This document shows positions 1-12,300 of a stretch of DNA of 64,000 bases, piece after piece. The notes beneath the pieces were generated by a model, which saw only the letters and a list, made by a program, of their open reading frames with translations, had not been told where the DNA came from and did no database searches. The stretch spans positions 210,924,001 through 210,988,000 of the forward strand of contig OX597815.1 of assembly GCA_951406725.2 (NCBI GenBank), given 5' to 3'. The position numbers and the translations under genes are program-made. The stretch's first letter is position 1, and every line of letters starts with the position of its first letter. The stretch is from Octopus vulgaris (taxonomy: Eukaryota).

Positions 1-834
1 AGTTTGCTTTGCAAGGGAACTCTGGAAGAGAATTTGTAGTGGTTTTACCAGGACACGTTTGCACGATTTGAGGATTGCTGGAAAACCAAATAAAACCAAA
101 TTTAAAATAAATAACCTGCCTAAGGGACATAATTTTTATAGGATTATTATATTTCTTCATTTTATTTCAAAATACGGTGAGGCATTCTTCTGTAGGTATG
201 CCATATGTGTAACATAACGACACAGATAATAACATCTGTGGGGAGGATGTAGCTGTAATAAGCTCCATTACTTCATAAGTATTACTTCATAATTATAACC
301 GTAATAAGTTCCATTACTATAAGTATTACATAAGAAATATTACTTTACATTCGTTCTGCATTTATATCTGTGGAAGATCAGTTTTCTTTTTATGGCTGCC
401 TACCTTCACAATAGAAACCGTAGCAGATCACTTTTGTTTTATTCCTTGCATGCCTTAATAATAGAAACCGTAACATAAATTTCGCTCCAACATTTTTCCT
501 TTGTTTCTCGTATTCCACATCAGAATTTATGAGGTCATTTGTTAATTTCCTCTCTCGCTTTAGCGTATTTGTACAACTTTTCATTTGAAAATAGCCATTT
601 TCCCTAAACATTGGAAGAAACAAATTCGATGGGACACTCTTCTGTAGATATGCCATATGTGTAATATAACGACATATATAATAACTTGTATTGTTGTGTG
701 TCTGTCTGTGTCTCTGTCTTTCTGCGTGTGTGTTTGTGTGTGTGTATAACTGTAATAACCTATATTACTTTATAATGCTATAAGAAAAAAAGGAGTTGAC
801 GTTAAGGGTCATCCAAGTATAAAATTATTTGACA

Positions 835-2370
835 CGACAATCGGAAGTGTTTACTCTGTGCATGCGAGTCACTATCAATATTTCTTTTTGAGGCTGCTTC
901 TTCATGAAATAAGAGAGGCGACTTCCTTCTCTTTCCTAACAATGATCGATGGTCAAACTGTTCGTACTTATAGAGAAACCTGTTTAGCCTTAAATTTGTT
1001 AGAAGATGACAATCAATGAGATAGAGCAATGGCTGAGGCGTCAGTGTCACGCACAACTATTTCTTTGGGAAATATCTTTCCAATTCTTCTCCTGAATTGT
1101 GAAGTAAGTAATCCATTAGCGCTGTGGCACAAATATAAGAATGATTTATCAGAAGACAACAAACATCAAGCACGGTTAAGATTCTCTGAGAGGGAAATAG
1201 CATTCAATGATGACATGTATAATTCTGCATTGATTGATATTGAAGATCCCATTGTCTCAATGGGAGGGGAGGAGCTCAGCAAGTTTGACTTACCTAAAAC
1301 TCATTGAAATGGGATGAATAATTTGATCACAGAAGTTTTGCGAGAAACTCCATATGATATTGATTCATTTAAAAGATTCCTTAAAGAAAATGTCCCGAAA
1401 CTTTTGACAGACAAGCAACTTGCATATACAACATTCATTGACCAAATGACACATAAGAGAGGAGGATTATATTTTTTAGACGCACCAGGAGGAACTGGAA
1501 AAACTTTTGTTACAAATTTGGTGCCAGCCAAAGTCCAGCAGAAAAAGGAAATAGCCTTAGCTGTAGAGAGCTCTGGAATTGCTGCGACTTTACTGCAAGG
1601 AGGTCGAACAGCAGCATTCAAGCTGTCATTCAATCTAACTTCAAAAGATGAACTTGTCTGCTATACTCTTTACTCTTACTCTTTTACTTATTTCAGTCAT
1701 TTGACCGCGGCCATGCTGGAGCACCGCCTTTTAGTCGAGCAAATCGACCCCAGGACTTATTCTTTGTAAACCCAGTACTTATTCTATCGGTCTATTTTGC
1801 CGAACCGCTAAGTAACGGGGACGTAAACACACCAGCATCGGTTGTCAAGCAATGCTAGGGGGACAAAGACAGACACACAAACATATACACACACATACAT
1901 ATATATATATATACATATATACGACAGGCTTCTTTCAGTTTCCGTCTACCAAATGCACTCACAAGGCATTGGTCGGCCCGAGGCTATAGCAGAAGACACT
2001 TGCCCAAGATGCCATGCAGTGGGACTGAACCTGGAACCATGTGGTTAGTAAGCAAGCTACTTACCACACAGCCACTCCTGCGCCTATATTAGAAAAAGTT
2101 CTTCTTTAGCTCAAGTTCTCATGAAATGTTCTTTGATCAAATGGGACGAGGCTACAATGTCCCGTAAAAATCAGGAGAAGCTGTTAAGAGAATGCTGCAG
2201 GATTTGTGCAATTCCAGTTGTTTGGTTCGAGGTATGACAGTAGCACTTTCAGGTGATTTCAGACAAATTTTGCCAGGCGGAACAAAGGCGGATGAATTGA
2301 AAGCATGCTTGAAATCTTCTATTTTATGGAAACGTATCAAAGTGTTAGAACTTTCTACAATTGTTTCTAG
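835..2370 (+). mobile_element. Decayed Helitron Rep-Hel fragment (linker plus PIF1-like helicase motifs I-III), interrupted by a SINE
   Basis: Translations give FFLRLLLHEIREATSF...TYRETCLALNLLEDD (Helitron linker), YFLDAPGGTGKT (Walker A), SSGIAATLLQGGRTA, then after the SINE IKWDEATM (motif II) and LSGDFRQILP (motif III). Contains stops and frameshifts. Confidence 0.92.
1666..2084 (-). mobile_element. Full-length tRNA-derived SINE, family A (central microsatellite, CORE-like CTTGGGCAAGT motif)
   Basis: Reverse complement starts GGCGCAGGAGTGGCTGTGTGGTAAG with a B-box-like GGTTCAGTCCC. It matches the copies at 16326 and 31720 and is flanked by TATA at 1662-1665 and 2085-2088. Confidence 0.93.
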
Positions 2371-2597
2371 CCAATGTAGTTCTCCAGGCGTGCAAGTACT
2401 TGATTATGCAACCATTTCCTTACATTGTGGGATCTATGCAAATATTGTCTCTGTAAGTTCAAATTCCCGGCTTCAAGAACATCTCTCTGTCTTGACCTCA
2501 ATTTAGTAATAGCCACTGAGTTTCTCAAGGTCTGTTGTTGCTGAAGGACCGTTGGCAACGGTCCTTCAGGAAATGTACAAATACATATATACATACA

Positions 2598-2633
<36 letters not shown>

Positions 2634-2652
2634 TATGCATAACATATATATA

Positions 2653-2868
2653 CGAGGAGGTGCTGAAAACTTCCTGGCTTCAAAGGTATTGTGAAAGGCC
2701 TAGTTGGTGGCCCAACCTTTCGAGTTCTCTTACAGGGTTTAGAAAACTGAAATTCCGTTGCAATAAGTATGTGAATCTGAGAGGGGAATATGTTCAATGA
2801 AATCATAATTATTTGATCCTTCTGTATTTTCTTTTACCCAAAGCCAGGGACTTCTCAGCATCCCTTCG
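2653..2868 (+). mobile_element. Mariner-derived MITE / internal deletion derivative
   Basis: ~28 bp TIRs (CGAGGAGGTGCTGAAAACTTCCTGGCTT / AAGCCAGGGACTTCTCAGCATCCCTTCG) with TA on both sides. The interior encodes the mariner-like C-terminus RCNKYVNLRGEYVQ*. Confidence 0.9.
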
Positions 2869-3615
2869 TATGTGTGTATGTGTATATATGTATGCATGTT
2901 TGTATGCATGTTTGTATTTATCCACGGGTTGCGGATCCGTGGAACAAGCTGCCAGACGAGATGGTGAAGATGCCGACGACTGCTTTGTTCAATGTCTCCC
3001 CTGACCTCAAGTGGCCTGAACTCTTTACATGAACACCACCCTGTACGTAACTCCATGTCCCCCTACATGGCCTTGCTTTTTGCTTTTTGAGTCAAAAAAT
3101 TAACTAACTTATGCATATGTATGTGCGTGCGCGCGTCTGTGTGTGTTGTGTGCGTGAGCGCGTGTCTGTGTGTGTGTGTATCTCGCTCCACCGGTTCAGG
3201 ATGCGTTTTACTTTCCAAGGCAGTGCGCGCAGGTTAAATGAAGAATAAAAACGTTGAAGTTTTCCTCTCCATTCCTTATTAACAAGGTTATTTCAAAAAT
3301 ATTTGTGCGATTCACTTCCTGATATAATTGGACAGCGTCTAAGAGAGCACGTTTCCTACGTGTTGCTCTTGTTTTTGTTGTTGTTGCTGATGGATAATAT
3401 ATATTTTCTGAAGGTGTAACCACACCTCGTGATTCTAACAGAAAGACCAGACTTCCCAATACAAATTCTTAAACATTTTCCACCTTTTTATCTGATGTGA
3501 GGCAGTTCGACTTAAGCCTAGGTTCTTTTATTTTTTAATATTTCCATTTGTTTTTTTTTCTCTTTTTTTTTGTAGTCGTGTTTCTTCAGTCCTCTTCTCT
3601 CTCTCTCTCTCTCTC

Positions 3616-3659
<44 letters not shown>

Positions 3660-5409
3660 AAAATCTTTTGTTTTCTTTTTTGTCTTTCCCTCACGATTTT
3701 TCGAATTGCCTGTGCAATTCAGTATTAGACAGAATGGGATTCTTGTTCAGACTTTCAACGCACTGAGTTCAAATCCCGCATAGATCAACGTTCTCTGCCA
3801 TCCTTTCGTGGTCAATAAAAATATACTTGTCAGAATGGTAGCTGAAGCAGAACTGTCATAATACATCGGTATTATGACATTTCATCGCGTTCTTTATGTT
3901 TCAAGTTCAAATCTTCCCATGACCTACTTCTGTGGAAGACTTAGTCCATCACTCTGTTTAACACCACCATTCTTTAACGGATCCCACTTTATTGCAAGAA
4001 TTAGATTCCGGATTTCGGTTTCACGATACTTTCAACTCTAATTGTCACCAGTCTGAGCAGCACTGTAAAGGTTTAACGTGGAAAAAACTAGCTTCAGTAT
4101 TCTAAACACTATTATTGCCACCATTTTCTTGGCAGGCAACAGGGCCGCGTATTCTGTGATTTCTACCACATTAGCAGTTGTCAGGGTCGTTTTGGTTGGC
4201 GCCATATTTCTCGTTATTGGTAGGTGTTCTTTTAAGTTTTATTCATCTTCCTTCTTCTTGGAGCACATCTCATTCCTCCAAGCGTTATCCCTGGTTTTAG
4301 TGATTAACTTCCCAGTGATGTTTATCCTCGCCCTCTCTGTCCATGAAGATGGCGAATTTGTTTCTTCCTTCCGGTAATTTAGGTATTTTGCATCCATCTG
4401 TTTTGTAATCAATTATTTTGTATCTCTCTTTATTGTAATTAATGTACCTTACATCCAGCTATCCTCTATCCAGATCTCTAGGCACATAACTCCCTGTATA
4501 ACACATTCTACCTTTCGGTCTATTCATCCGGTCTTTTTTTCCTGTTTCTCAAGTTGTCTGTCTAAATTCCTGCCTATCTCCGTTATATAATCCGAGAACA
4601 CAGTTAAGCTTTAAAGGCTAACCAGCAACAAAATACCTATCGTCTGTTAAAATATTGCTATGTCTCATCACTTGGATATATAAGTTTCTTGTGCTGTTGT
4701 AAAACACAGAAAACTGCAGCGATGCTACAATTAAACATGTTGCTTCATATAAAGCAATAGCGGTTGGTCCAAAACTATAGCAAATTCGATTAGATGAACT
4801 TTGAAACTATTCTTCGAAGACGACGGGATAACAAACAAAGTAACTGGATATATCTCCACTTAGAACACTTAGAAAAAAGGGGTGTATATAATTCTTTCTT
4901 TTTATATTCCTACTCCTTGAATATCAAATATATTTAGTTCCATAAAAATGAAAGATTTAACCAAAGGAAGCTGAGTCATAGACAGCAATTGTCAACTAAA
5001 AAACCTTAAAAATCAGCTCACATATGCGTTACATATAACTCCTCAGATAGTATCATATTTAAAGCAAGTGGAATACGATATGCCCTTGCATTGATTTCAA
5101 ATCGGCATATGAAATCAAGCGAAAAAAATACCCATCTTTCGAATGTTGAAGTGGGTCGGTTTACGATTGGCAAATCCAATCCTTAGGTATAGTAACTACA
5201 AGATACATAAAACTTGATAACAGAAAGTTGGTCTGCCAAAACAAGAAAATATAATGACATGTACACAGGGGAATTAGTTAACAGATCAGAACAAAGGGTA
5301 AACCAAATGAATGGCACTCTCTCACTAAAGATCGTTTATTAAGTTAGCAGACTTCTGGTTAGGTGTTAGAGTCGTAATTTTATTACCTAAAATTGGTGTC
5401 GTCCTACTA

Positions 5410-5620
5410 CAGGGTGCGGCAAAAATACCTCCCACATTTTAAACTTTCATCTATGTATTGCTAATGAACTTATGCAAATGCCAATGATGTTTTCATTTAG
5501 CTAATGAACAAGATCTGTTACCCTTTATTTAAACAACAGTAAAATTAATTTTTCATAAATGTTGTTTCGTTTTCCTTTTGTCAACCTTTCAAATGTGGGA
5601 GATAGTACTGCCGCACCCTG
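5410..5620. mobile_element. Tc1/mariner-type MITE
   Basis: TIRs CAGGGTGCGGCAAAAATACCTCCCACATTT / AAATGTGGGAGATAGTACTGCCGCACCCTG with a TA target duplication. Confidence 0.9.
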
Positions 5621-5835
5621 TATTTCTGTATTTTGCGGAATACTAAATACTAATACACTTATCTTCAGCGATGCTTCCTTCACTACATGAATGGATTATT
5701 TTATTTACTGATTTGTGTCATTCAATCTAGTCATTATACGTGGTATGCTTCACTTTTGAACTGCCTCAATCTATTTAAATGATCTCCATCAAATTCGCAT
5801 ATGTACATATATATTCATGTATATATAACTTAACT

Positions 5836-5872
<37 letters not shown>

Positions 5873-6039
5873 AAATAGAAAGATGAATTTTCTTGTTACA
5901 GATTATTCAAACGTTTAACCGATTGGAAATTTGTGGCCTTTGAAACATGTGTAGAATGTAATAAAAGGAATTCTGTACAATCTTCGTTCAACTCCATTTC
6001 TTCCATTCAATAATAATAATAATATATATATATATATAT

Positions 6040-6225
6040 AGGGAGAGTTCACGAAAGAAACAAAAGACGAAGACAGGTGGTGTACAAAACAAACAGATGT
6101 ATTAGTATAATGCTCAGGAATAGAAAAAGTCTTTTACGTTTCGAGCCTACGCTCTTTTACAGAAAGGGAGACAGAAAAAAAAACAAGGAGAGAAAAAATG
6201 TGTGTAGTGGGTACCGATCTATCAT
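6040..6225 (-). mobile_element. Short HHR-bearing dispersed element, family H1 (copy 1), between (TA)n and (GATA)n
   Basis: Matches 51131-51300, 53890-54072 and the reverse complement at 61921-62050. Carries the degenerate hammerhead CTGTAAA-a-GAGC-gtag-GCTC-GAAA-CGT-A at 6129-6167. Confidence 0.8.
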
Positions 6226-6287
<62 letters not shown>

Positions 6288-6419
6288 TTTATGCAAGCAT
6301 ACATGCATACATGCATGAAAATTCTCATTATTCATAAAATTCGTTATAGATCACACGCTAATCCATACAATGATGTGTGTTACTGAAGAGCAATACAGAA
6401 CAGATGATAATTAAGTTGT

Positions 6420-7020
6420 TATTTTGTGAACTATCAAACACTTTCTGTGACTGTGTAATTTTACGGTGTTTCGACTGTCTGTCTGAAATCGGACGTACAG
6501 TTTTAAGTCCCGGTTAAATTGTCTGGAATATCTGTTTCCTGTAGGATTTTGGAAGTTCTTGGAAATATTGAATTTCAGACTGAGGACTTATGGATGGCTG
6601 GATCAAGCTAAACGACTTTTGCATTTATTTATTTATTGATGTAATTAAGTTGTGCGCGTGTGTGAGTGTATGTGTGTGTGTGTGGATTTCGGGTTCATTA
6701 TCTAGAATAGTTCTTGCGAACCTTATAAATTCACTATTCCCAGTGCTCTGTTTTAACCGTTTATGTTATAACTCTAGCGATAATTTCTTCGCCTGAATTT
6801 TTGCTGGAATTCCTTCTACCAATATTATTGATTATTTTTTTTAAATGGTAAGGAGTTGGTGATTTGTCGAAGAAATGACTTTTCGTATTGTCTTTCTGTG
6901 ATTTGTATTTGCATGGCTTGAAATGTAAGGTAGTGTGTAGGAAGTTAATTTCGTTGTGTTTGTAGTTACATTGATTCTAACAACTTAAACATTATTTATT
7001 AACATTGGTCTCTCTAGATA
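6420..7020 (-). mobile_element. Highly decayed Penelope-like element, RT C-terminal/thumb region
   Basis: Minus-strand fragments INFLHTTLHFKPCKYK, NNIGRRNSSKNSGEEI, NRALG, LSLKFNISKNF and FNRDLKLY occur in the order expected for PLE RT thumb/linker motifs (VNFLDVTL...RRISxNSSNEEIF...YNxAL...NIGKxF...FNRxxxKxSY). Confidence 0.55.
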
Positions 7021-7261
7021 AGAGCTGTTTTAAAGTCAGTTTACTTTTCGGAATATATAATCAATATTGAATAAGCGTTATTTTAATCTAATTGATTTAA
7101 AATTTAGATAAAGGCAACTTATAAATTACCTAATGTTTATTTGACAAATAATTATATTACCGCAGTTGATTAATTGGATTAAACTTTAAAATAAAAATTG
7201 ATTCTTACTTTAAGATGTATGAGCCACTCTGTATTTCCCAGCTCTTTTCATATAAAACACA

Positions 7262-7560
7262 TAATAATGATAATAATAATGTTCGTCCTTCGGGTTCGAA
7301 GATGACCACTGACATCATCTGGTGGAACTGCCGCCATGAGACCGGAGGTGGCTGGTGAGGCCAATCCGGGCAAGGAAGCCCCTCCCACAGGTGGGTAGGG
7401 GCCGTGCTACTGGTGCAGGCGGCTCTGGCTTTCCGCATCTGACGTTCTGCTCTGCTGACCGAATCCGTCCCTCCTCGGCTGTCCCTGCTTCTGTGGTGAT
7501 TGCGCTGCGCCAGGATGAGCGGTCGGCAGCAAGTGTGAACTCAGCCAGTGAACGTAGTCA
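7262..7560 (-). mobile_element. 3' end of an RTE (BovB-like) LINE
   Basis: Minus strand reads AADRSSWRSAITT...EEGRIRSAE...RKAR...GRGFLARIGLTSHLRSH, then a short 3'UTR (GGTCATCTTCGAACCCGAAGGACGAACA) and a (TTA)n tail. Confidence 0.82.
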
Positions 7561-7864
7561 GTCTGCGGTGAACTCAGCCAGGGCAAACGCAAAGTCGGAG
7601 GACAGAAGAAGCGCTTCAAGGACAGTCTCAAGGTCTCTCTCAAAGACTTCTCCATCGGCACAGAGACCTGGGAGACACTTGCTGCCGACCGCTCATAAAA
7701 CACATATATAAGCATGCGCACACATATATATACCATGTGTGTGTGTGTGTGTGTGTTGGTATGTGTGGTGTGTTTTGGAAAGCTACGATAATGTATGTTG
7801 GAAATAAAGAAGAGGGAATAGCGGAAGACGTTAACGAAGATTTACACTTTTACTTTATCGATAT

Positions 7865-8240
7865 CTAGCAGTATCACCCGGCGTTGCTCGGGTTTTGTTT
7901 CGACCCTTTAGAATTGGAATTTCTGAAAAGTAAAACTTTTGCATTATGTAGCTTGTTATTCTCTTTAAGTGGACATTTTTCTGGTTGAAATACACCGGAA
8001 AATGGCGACACAGCAGTCAAAAAATCGTAAAGAAATAGGGATTTTCATAGAAAAAAAGCACCTTTTTGATGTAAATAATTTTTGGTGTTAACATGGTCCG
8101 ATTTGAATTTTATCTTCTACGGAATGAAGAGCAAGCCTTCTTCTATCATACTCACAATTTTGGTCAACTTGCACCGCAGGGAGAGATAGTGTTAGTTGAA
8201 GGCTACCAAACCTGCCACACACAGACAACTTCAGCTTTAA
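7865..8240 (-). mobile_element. Non-autonomous Helitron-like element
   Basis: Minus-strand 3' end has a GC hairpin (CCCG-agcaacgc-CGGG) ~10 nt before a terminal CTAG (7865-7868), the canonical Helitron 3' signature. The 5' boundary is approximate. Confidence 0.65.
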
Positions 8241-9033
8241 CATCATTTAGTGAATGTGTATATGGGTTTGCTATATAGGTGTAATTGTGTATGGTAGGGG
8301 GAGTTTTATCATAATATGTATGTGGGTTTCATTTATCATGATCGTTTATTGGTGTTTTGTAGTAGATTCTGTATATTTAAGTTGATTATATATTATTCCA
8401 TTTATAATTTTTAAAAAAAACGTTCGATCAACAAGTGCAAAGAATTATTTATTTTGCTTTTGAGTGTTTATGTATGTGTGAATGGGTGTGTGTGTGTGTG
8501 GGGGGGATTATTTGCGTAATTTATTTATCTGTATAGTTGTGGGTGTGAATATATTGGTGTATATATCGAGTTCTGTATGTTTGTATATGTATGTGTGAGC
8601 GGGTATACGTATATTGTTTATGAATGTGGGTTGTATGTGTGTGTGAGGGAGTATGAATAAGTATTGTGTTGAAGTATTTGGCTATTTTATTTATTTATCG
8701 TTGCCTAGACGTTTTTATGTGTATGTATAGGGATATATATATAGGTGTGTGATTTAGTGTATGTATTTAGATATGGTTATATATAATTAGTTATATGTGT
8801 ATAGGTGTATATATAGTTTATTTTTATTTTGTTTTATATTTTTATTTATATTTATATTTATATTTAATTGTTGATAGGTTTATTTTAGTTTATATATTGT
8901 TTATATATTGATTATATATGGATTATATATAGGTTATATATAGATTATATATTTATATTTTTTCATTGATACTTTAATTATTTTAAAATTATTATTTTTT
9001 ATATTTTAAAATATTGATATTTTAGATTGGAAG

Positions 9034-9077
9034 TCCACCTAAAGATTGTCGATCAGGACAAGAAACAATTGTAGTGG
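9034..9077 (+). ncRNA. Type I hammerhead ribozyme motif with core mutation (CTAAAGA)
   Basis: CCAC-CTAAAGA-TTGTC-gatcag-GACAA-GAAA-CAATTGT-A-GTGG: stems I and II pair, stem III is the palindrome ACAATTGT. G5 of the core is changed to A. Confidence 0.75.
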
Positions 9078-9162
9078 CGGTTTTTTTGACTTTTTATTAA
9101 AATTTTATGTATTGATTAAGTCTTTCCTTGTTTGTTTTGCAAAATAGTGGTTTTGTCTCTAA

Positions 9163-9202
<40 letters not shown>

Positions 9203-10759
9203 TTAATTAATCAATATCAGGGAAGCAAAAAATTCAAGAGAAATTTTTTCGCCACCAGCGGTCTAGTGAGAAAGAAAAAATAGTCAACAGACTATATAAT
9301 GTACATTCAACAATAATATTAAGGAATGGCCTTGATAGGCCATTCGACTCACTAAAACGAGCAGCCAAACTCAAACCGCTAAATAGTAGTAATTCAGAAA
9401 TCAAAGGAAAATTTAAAACATTTACCCTTATTATATATATATATATATCTAATGTAGGATAAAATTTTTTTCGAAAAAAAATTATTTTCGAAAAAAATTT
9501 TATCAACGGCCAGCATATTAAAAAGTACATTTAGAGGTTAAATTTATAAACAATTCATAAATAAGGGCAAACGAAAAAATTTCTAATGCCAAATATGCCG
9601 AAAAATTGGACATATTGTCCATTAACCATATAATTTTTTTCGCAATACGCACGCTACTCGAAAAAAGGTCGACAGAAATTTCTAAAAAATTCCATTATTA
9701 CCATATCGGACCGATTTCAGATTTAGCTCATAACAGCCCTACCTTCGTCAGTGATACATGTGGCAAAAGAAAGAAATGAGATACTTGCTCTATAAAGAAA
9801 AATGTGTTTAGCTTCACTCTGTACAGACATGTAGCTTCGCTTATGTGTTCTACATGTTCATACTGATAGTATTTTCTTTGTATGCGTTCATTGGCGTGTA
9901 TTAGAGTTGTGTGTCTCCTGTACATTTCTCAAATGTCCTATATTCTGTTCAGTTGTTGATGTTGATAGTCACGAATTAGTGACAACCTCTCTCACGATCT
10001 TTTCTAACGGGAAACGAATTTGTATGAACGTGACTATGGTGGCCTTCTTGCAGTAAAATATTGACGCAAAGGAGCAAGTGGAGCACAATATATGCATTTT
10101 AGAGGTTAATAGACAGAGGGATACATTAAACAGTATAGTGATCTTTAAAATGCACTTTTATATGATAAACAAAACTATTGATTTAGCTGTGTCTATTATA
10201 CTAGAAAGCAGCTGACACCTATCAGATTATCCGTTGTGCATGTGCTTGGTTATATTTTTATCAATTTGCAGGTTTTTATTGACATGTAATTTTGGAAATA
10301 AAACTCATTAACGCCAAAGAATTTTCTTTTTGTTTACTCTTATGATTGTTTAACTATTTGGTGGTGGGGAGACTCGGTACATTGACTATTTTAGCTCCCA
10401 TTTAACTTCATTTTACTATTGCTAGAACTGTATATTGTCTATGTTGTACAGTTTTCTTAAATGGTTTGTTTGATGCTATTAGAGGCAATTCTCGCAACAC
10501 GAAACACCAAGAAAACTACATAATTGATGAGTCTATCAGCAATATACAATTCAGTTTCACCTATATGTGCCACCTATGATAACAAAGACTAAAAATAGTA
10601 CGTTGGATAGGTATAAACATTATATTTCGAATTCAAATAGTTGGGAAAATCAAGTAACTAATGACAGAATATTAAATTTACACCTAAAACCATAAACAAC
10701 GTCGTTAAAGTCCTAAAGGCATGCTTTTTGTCTTCCTAATTTACAATTATCATTCTCTA

Positions 10760-10770
10760 TGTATATATAC

Positions 10771-10825
<55 letters not shown>

Positions 10826-10952
10826 CGTATATATATATACGTATATATATATATACATACATATACACATATATATATATACATATATATATACATATAT
10901 ATATATACATATATATACATACATGTATATACATATATATACATACATGTAT

Positions 10953-10984
<32 letters not shown>

Positions 10985-10985
10985 G
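10760..10985. repeat. Compound (TA)n/(TACA)n/(CA)n microsatellite
   Basis: Directly visible; explains the YI-rich ORFs at 10713-11022. Confidence 0.95.
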
Positions 10986-11642
10986 TCGAGGAATAATGTC
11001 GAATTTCCTTTAATTTGCTCAATATTATGTCTATACGTTTGTCATATTTTGGCCTTCATAATTAATTATTTCAGTCATTAGCTGGCTGTAAGTGTTATCA
11101 TTCTTCTTGCCTTCCTTCTTCAGTTTCTTCTTCCATGTCCACTCTTTAACCCTTTCCTTATTTGGTACTTCTTTGTCTACATATTCATCTTGATCCTCAT
11201 GTTATTTACCACCATCTTTTCTTCTTCAAGTTCCTCTTACTGTGTGGGCTCGTGTTAATAAATAGTCATAACGTTTATGCATTTCTTCTGGCCTTTTAAT
11301 TTCTGAGTTTAAATCCTGCTTTCATCCTTTCGAAGTCGATAAAATAAAATGCTAATCAATTACTGGGGTCGATGTGATTAACTTAATCTCTTCTTTCACC
11401 ATCACCACCACCACCATCAAATTACTGGTCTTGTACCAAAATTATGGAAAATTATTGACTGTTCATGAGAACAGACATCAATACTAGAGCACCCCACCCA
11501 GAAGAGAGTGAAGAAAATCATTCTTTCGGGTTATCTAATAGCTAGGAAAAACTTTAAAAGATTCATCTCAAATATAAAATTGTTCCGTACAACTATTTTT
11601 CTTTTAAGCAATAAGAATCTATAAACTTTTGAGAGTATGAGA

Positions 11643-11696
<54 letters not shown>

Positions 11697-11706
11697 TATA
11701 TATATA

Positions 11707-11827
11707 CCACTGACAAGCACATCTGTGGTATTGAGCAGATATTTTATACTAAGACAAAACAATGTGCTTGATAACACTTCCAATCAGTTAAGATCTGAAG
11801 CCACGAGAACCATTGCCTGGTACTGCA

Positions 11828-11830
<3 letters not shown>
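11707..11830. repeat. Partial copy of the (TAA)n-associated element at 17737-18281
   Basis: Shares GACAAGCA..TCTGT..GTATTGAGCAGA and GACAAAACAATGT..GATAACACTTCCAATCAGTTAA..GGTACTGCAT, and is followed by (TAT)n. Confidence 0.8.
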
Positions 11831-11895
<65 letters not shown>

Positions 11896-11912
11896 GTAAT
11901 TACTGTTGCTGT

Positions 11913-11944
<32 letters not shown>

Positions 11945-11988
11945 TTATTATTATTGTTGTTGTTGTTATTGTTGTTATTATTATGAAA

Positions 11989-12205
11989 GGCAGCGAGCTG
12001 GCGGAATCGTTAACACGCTGGACGAAAAGCTTAACGGCATTTCGTCTGTTGCAACGTTCTGAGTTCAAATTCCGACAACGTCGACTTTACTTTTCACTAT
12101 TTTGGGGTCAATAAATTAAGTACCAGCTACGCAGTAGGATCGATGCAATTGACTATCCCTCTCCCCCCACAATTTCCGGCCTTATGCCTATAGTAGAAAG
12201 TATTC
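11989..12205 (+). mobile_element. SINE family B (tRNA-like head GGCxGCGAGCTGGC...GAGTTCAAATTCC)
   Basis: Matches the copies at 15809, 19157, 20625, 31889 and 38655; flanked by (TAT)n. Confidence 0.85.
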
Positions 12206-12225
12206 TTATAATAATAATAATAATA

Positions 12226-12300
<75 letters not shown>

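Noticed and set aside
7355-7711. 118-aa GC-rich plus-strand ORF
   Set aside because: It is largely the antisense of an RTE LINE 3' end, with a small local duplication (GTGAACTCAGCCAG twice).
10713-11022. ORFs rich in YI/CV/HT/LSIY or poly-I/N/L here and throughout the ORF track
   Set aside because: They are translations of di-, tri- and tetranucleotide microsatellites, not genes.
11778-11830. Resemblance of ATCAGTTAAGATCTGA and CCTGGTACTGCA to parts of U2 snRNA
   Set aside because: The two short matches are far closer together than in U2, and the 5' end, branch-pairing region and Sm site are absent; probably chance.
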